A stretch of DNA of 64,000 nt from Candidatus Omnitrophota bacterium (lineage in GTDB: Bacteria; Omnitrophota; Gorgyraeia; Zapsychrales; Fredricksoniimonadaceae): assembly GCA_903908245.1 (NCBI GenBank), contig CAIVRE010000018.1, positions 66,876 to 130,875 on the forward strand. The letters run 5' to 3'. Each line of letters begins with the position of its first letter. Within the stretch, counting starts at the first letter, position 1. The notes below the pieces were generated by a model. It was not told the DNA's origin. It did not search any database and saw only the letters and a list, made by a program, of their open reading frames with translations. This document shows, in pieces, positions 62,276 through 64,000 of the stretch. The translations under genes and the position numbers were made by a program.

Positions 62276-62899
62276 ATGTTAAAGATAGATAAAGTATTTG
62301 GGTATGGTGAGGACGGGTTAACCTTGCGCTTCTTTACGACGCAACTGGAAGACTTCTTGAAAATTGTTGAGGATTCTTCTGCCCCGGATGATTGCAAGTT
62401 CTTTTACAGGCCTTCTTTTGGGAGAGGCGGAAGGAATTCAAAATCAACCTTTGGTGAGTTTGACGGGATTTTGTCGACTCCCCGGAAGATTTATCTTATT
62501 GAAAGTAAGTGCTGGGCGAATTCCAGAAAACCGTTCTTATTAGATAAAGCTCAGATGTTAAGGCACGAGATATTTAAGAAATACTATGAAGTGTGGGAAA
62601 AGGGTACGAAGTGGGAGGAAATTAAGCTTGAGTTCCTTGGCAAGCTTCTTCCTTCCGGGGATAGCCTGTTGGCAAAGAATTTATCGAGGATCCTGGATCA
62701 GTTGATGTCGGATACGGGAGCCAGAAAAGAGATCATGAATGTTTTGATCTTTTTTGTTCCTGAAGGGGTAACCCGCAAAGCTTCTTTTTCCGTAGCTCCG
62801 CAAGTTAAAGAAAAGTTCACAGTGCTTTTTTGTCGTGGCGCTAGTGCATCTTTTGAGCTTTTCGAGAAGCCGGATCCCTGCGACATAACGCTGTCGTAG
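62276..62899 (+). CDS. hypothetical protein with possible PD-(D/E)xK-like core
   Basis: GEFDGIL...IYLIESKCW fits a D...(D/E)xK pattern; weak. Confidence 0.3.
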   Translation: MLKIDKVFGYGEDGLTLRFFTTQLEDFLKIVEDSSAPDDCKFFYRPSFGRGGRNSKSTFGEFDGILSTPRKIYLIESKCWANSRKPFLLDKAQMLRHEIFKKYYEVWEKGTKWEEIKLEFLGKLLPSGDSLLAKNLSRILDQLMSDTGARKEIMNVLIFFVPEGVTRKASFSVAPQVKEKFTVLFCRGASASFELFEKPDPCDITLS

Positions 62900-62943
62900 C
62901 TGAATGTTATTCTTTGAATGATGAGAAAAGGCGCTAATTTAAT

Positions 62944-64000
62944 ATGAAGATCATCATTCATCGCGGTACAAAAGAGATCGGCGGGAACTGTGTAGAGATT
63001 TGCACAGAACAGACGCGCCTTATCCTCGATCTTGGCATGCCATTGGTTGATCCCCGGGACAAAACAAAAAAGTTTGAGAGTTTCTCTGTAAGCCGCATGA
63101 CACTGCTCCAAATGCTCGATGCGGGCATCCTTCCAGCAGTTAAAGGCCTTTATGAGGGCCTTGACGACGTTAAGCCGGTCGATGCGCTCCTCTTGTCTCA
63201 TCCCCATCAGGATCATTACGGCTTTTGCAAGTATATCCGTAAAGACATCCCTGTTTATCTAAGCCAGGATGCAAATTTGATGCTGGGTGCTTCTGATGTG
63301 TTTCTACCCACACGGTTTGGCATACATGACCAGCGGAGGTTCTTTCAAGATCGCACACCGGTGCAGATCGGCGATTTCAAGGTAACGCCCTATTTAATGG
63401 ACCACTCCGGCTACGGGGCGATGGCGTTTCTGGTAGAGGCGGATGGGAAAAAGATCTTTTACAGCGGTGACTTTCGCGGGCATGGGCGCAAGAGTGCGCT
63501 TTTTGATAAATTACTAAGATTGCCTCCTTCTGGTATTGATGTTCTACTCATGGAAGGCACGATGGTCGATCGCACAGGGGAAGGTGTTGATACGGAACAA
63601 CAGCTTGAGAATCGGATCGTTAAGGAAACGCGGCAATATCCGGGCATGAAGTTGATCCAGTGTTCCGCGCAGAACATCGACAGGGTTGTAACTTTCTACA
63701 GGGCGGCGAAACGGTCCGGCGCTATATTTGTGATGGATCTGTATGTGGCGAATGTTATTCATGCGCTTGAGCGCAAAAGCCTGCCAGATCCATTTAATGG
63801 GTTTAAGGATGTGCAGGTGCTTTTTACGAAGCATTTTATGAAAAGACTGGAACAGAAGAAGATCCCGGACTGGTACAAGAGGTGGCGGCCTTATGAGGTC
63901 AGATCATCGGAATTGAAGCGGGCGGGCGGCAATGTTTTTGCATTTTATCGGGAGAATTCTGAACCTGAACTTGAGCCGGCAGGCATTCCTTCGGGGTCAG
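62944..64000 (+). CDS. metallo-beta-lactamase-fold hydrolase, 3' partial (runs off the window end)
   Basis: LLSHPHQDHYG (HxHxDH) and later D/H motifs. ATG 62944 preceded by AGGCG. No stop before 64000, so it is absent from the track. Confidence 0.6.
   Translation, partial: MKIIIHRGTKEIGGNCVEICTEQTRLILDLGMPLVDPRDKTKKFESFSVSRMTLLQMLDAGILPAVKGLYEGLDDVKPVDALLLSHPHQDHYGFCKYIRKDIPVYLSQDANLMLGASDVFLPTRFGIHDQRRFFQDRTPVQIGDFKVTPYLMDHSGYGAMAFLVEADGKKIFYSGDFRGHGRKSALFDKLLRLPPSGIDVLLMEGTMVDRTGEGVDTEQQLENRIVKETRQYPGMKLIQCSAQNIDRVVTFYRAAKRSGAIFVMDLYVANVIHALERKSLPDPFNGFKDVQVLFTKHFMKRLEQKKIPDWYKRWRPYEVRSSELKRAGGNVFAFYRENSEPELEPAGIPSGS

Noticed and set aside
62698-63216. 172-aa minus-strand ORF
   Set aside because: It is antisense across the junction of the plus-strand 62276 and MBL genes, which have motif support.

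Overview
This is a 64 kb chromosomal window from a bacterium with roughly 50% GC. The 16S rRNA has PVC-superphylum-like signatures, as judged by eye; I cannot assign it to a lineage from sequence alone.

The first ~42 kb is ordinary housekeeping sequence. It contains the 3' end of rpmE, then prfA, prmC and murA, then a split trp operon (trpG, trpD, trpC, trpF, with trpB and trpA ~3 kb further on; no trpE in this window), peptidases, rsfS, argS, recJ, rpmB (minus strand), pepF, a NUDIX hydrolase, an RNA methyltransferase, gpmA, cspA, prmA, glycosyltransferases, thyA, folA, a REC-EAL c-di-GMP phosphodiesterase, malQ and hldD. A complete rRNA operon follows (16S, tRNA-Ile, tRNA-Ala, 23S, 5S).

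The non-coding features I would pursue in this part are two probable c-di-GMP-I (GEMM) riboswitch aptamers at about 6412-6500 and 40020-40102, and a ~98 nt structured repeat present in two copies (6699-6796 and 17096-17193) with compensatory stem changes.

The last ~22 kb is an accessory island and is where the candidate novel system lies. It begins at tRNA-Ser(GGA) at 42211-42299 and runs past the window end. It opens with a large serine recombinase whose ORF reads antisense through the tRNA. Next come an XRE regulator, a Cas4-like PD-(D/E)xK plus DEDDy exonuclease fusion, and an HTH-WYL (BrxR/CapW-like) regulator. After that there are about 25 co-directional genes arranged in at least six transcription units, each preceded by the same 18 bp palindrome, GCGACA-N6-TGTCGC. 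This regulon encodes two paralogous Cys-based (HCxGGxGRTG) phosphatases, each with a paralogous DUF partner, plus a PPP-family metallophosphatase, a DjlA-like membrane J-domain protein, an AAA+ ATPase, a second near-identical MurA paralog, two MORN-repeat proteins, an agmatine-deiminase-like protein, a degenerate HNH-like protein, a HAD hydrolase, a PD-(D/E)xK-like protein and a partial MBL-fold hydrolase.

I read this as a candidate new defense-like or nucleic-acid/phospho-processing system under a single operator. All calls are from reading the sequence and the ORF track, and non-ORF coordinates may be off by 1-2 nt.
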